Source of the DNA: the human T2T-CHM13v2.0 reference genome, Homo sapiens
Direction: 5' to 3' (one strand)
NCBI RefSeq assembly: GCF_009914755.1
Contig: NC_060930.1
DNA length: 64,000 nucleotides
Of this stretch, positions 63,361 to 64,000 are shown piece by piece. The notes beneath the pieces are model-generated. The model worked only from the letters and a program-made list of their open reading frames with translations. It was not told the origin of the DNA and made no database searches. Made by a program: the position numbers and the translations under genes. The stretch's first letter is position 1, and every line of letters begins with the position of its first letter.

Positions 63361-63630
63361 ACTGCTGTCCTCCATGTTGCAGGAGAATTGGTTCCAGGAC
63401 CCGCAAGAATACCAAAATCCACTGATGCTCAAGTCCCTTATATAAAATAACCTATGCACATCTTCCTGTATACTTTAAATCATCTCTAGATTATTTATAA
63501 TACCGAATATAATGTAAATCCTATGTAAATTGTTGCTATACTGTATTTTTTTATTGTTGCATTGTTTTTATTTTTTTCAAATATTTTTGATCCTTGGTTG
63601 GTTGAGTCTACAGATGTAGAACCCGTGCTC
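63361..63630 (+). mobile_element. MER2 (Tigger-type) DNA transposon fossil
   Basis: TTGGTTCCAGGACCC..ATACCAAAATCCACTGATGCTCAAGTCCCTTATATAAAA..TTTAAATCATCTCTAGATTA..TTGGTTGAGTCTACAGATG. Confidence 0.8.
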
Positions 63631-63908
63631 ATAAGAAATGATGGAGCAGGGCAAGAGATCAGAGAAAGCCCCTTTCAGTGGAACAGGACTGAGAGAATAG
63701 CCTGTCCCTAAAGAAAGAAAGCTTAAGCACTTACGGAGTAGCAGCAAACATGGTTATATCCAGAGAGCAGAAAATTCACAGGAGCTGAAGAAAGTAAAAA
63801 AGAATGAAAATTTCTACTTCAAGGGAGTATTAGGTACAGAATATCAGAGAATGTCAACTTCTGGGAGCAGGCAGAATGACCTCAGAGACCCTGATCACAG
63901 AGTCTGCC

Positions 63909-64000
63909 TGTCTTAGTCTATTTTGGGTTGCTATAACAGAATACCTAAGCTTACGTAATTTATAAAGAAAAGAGTCTTATTTGGCTTATGATTCTGGTGG
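63909..64000 (-). mobile_element. MST (MaLR) LTR end, cut by window edge
   Basis: TGTCTTAGTCTATTTTGGGTTGCTATAACAGAATACC..TAATTTATAAAGAAAAG. Confidence 0.7.

Overview
Alu-dense primate DNA, almost certainly human: it carries an AluYa5-lineage insertion and typical human tRNA isodecoders. There is no credible cellular protein-coding exon; nearly all track ORFs are Alu, ERV or L1 translations. The window holds five tRNA genes (Ile-AAT, Val-CAC, Ser-CGA, two divergent Arg-ACG) and a full-length RPL10 processed pseudogene. From memory, not a search, this gene order matches the 6p22.1 tRNA cluster. Two decayed proviruses lie about 1 kb apart: a HERV-I/HERVIP10-type element with a tRNA-Pro PBS (14856-23319) and an LTR14C/HERV-K14C-type element with a tRNA-Lys PBS and 6-bp TSD (24301-33065). 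The second looks like a G-to-A hypermutated mosaic of several ERV families and contains a nested, rearranged LTR13 element. Other notable points are a 1-nt insertion in the anticodon stem of one Arg-ACG gene, a duplication/inversion history around the Arg pair, two tRNA-like relics, a short inverted templated insertion, and repeated retrotransposition into one L1 target site. I see no new protein-coding system. The strongest candidates for something undescribed are the chimeric provirus and the tRNA-locus rearrangements. Repeat family names come from recalled consensus sequences and need Dfam/RepeatMasker confirmation.
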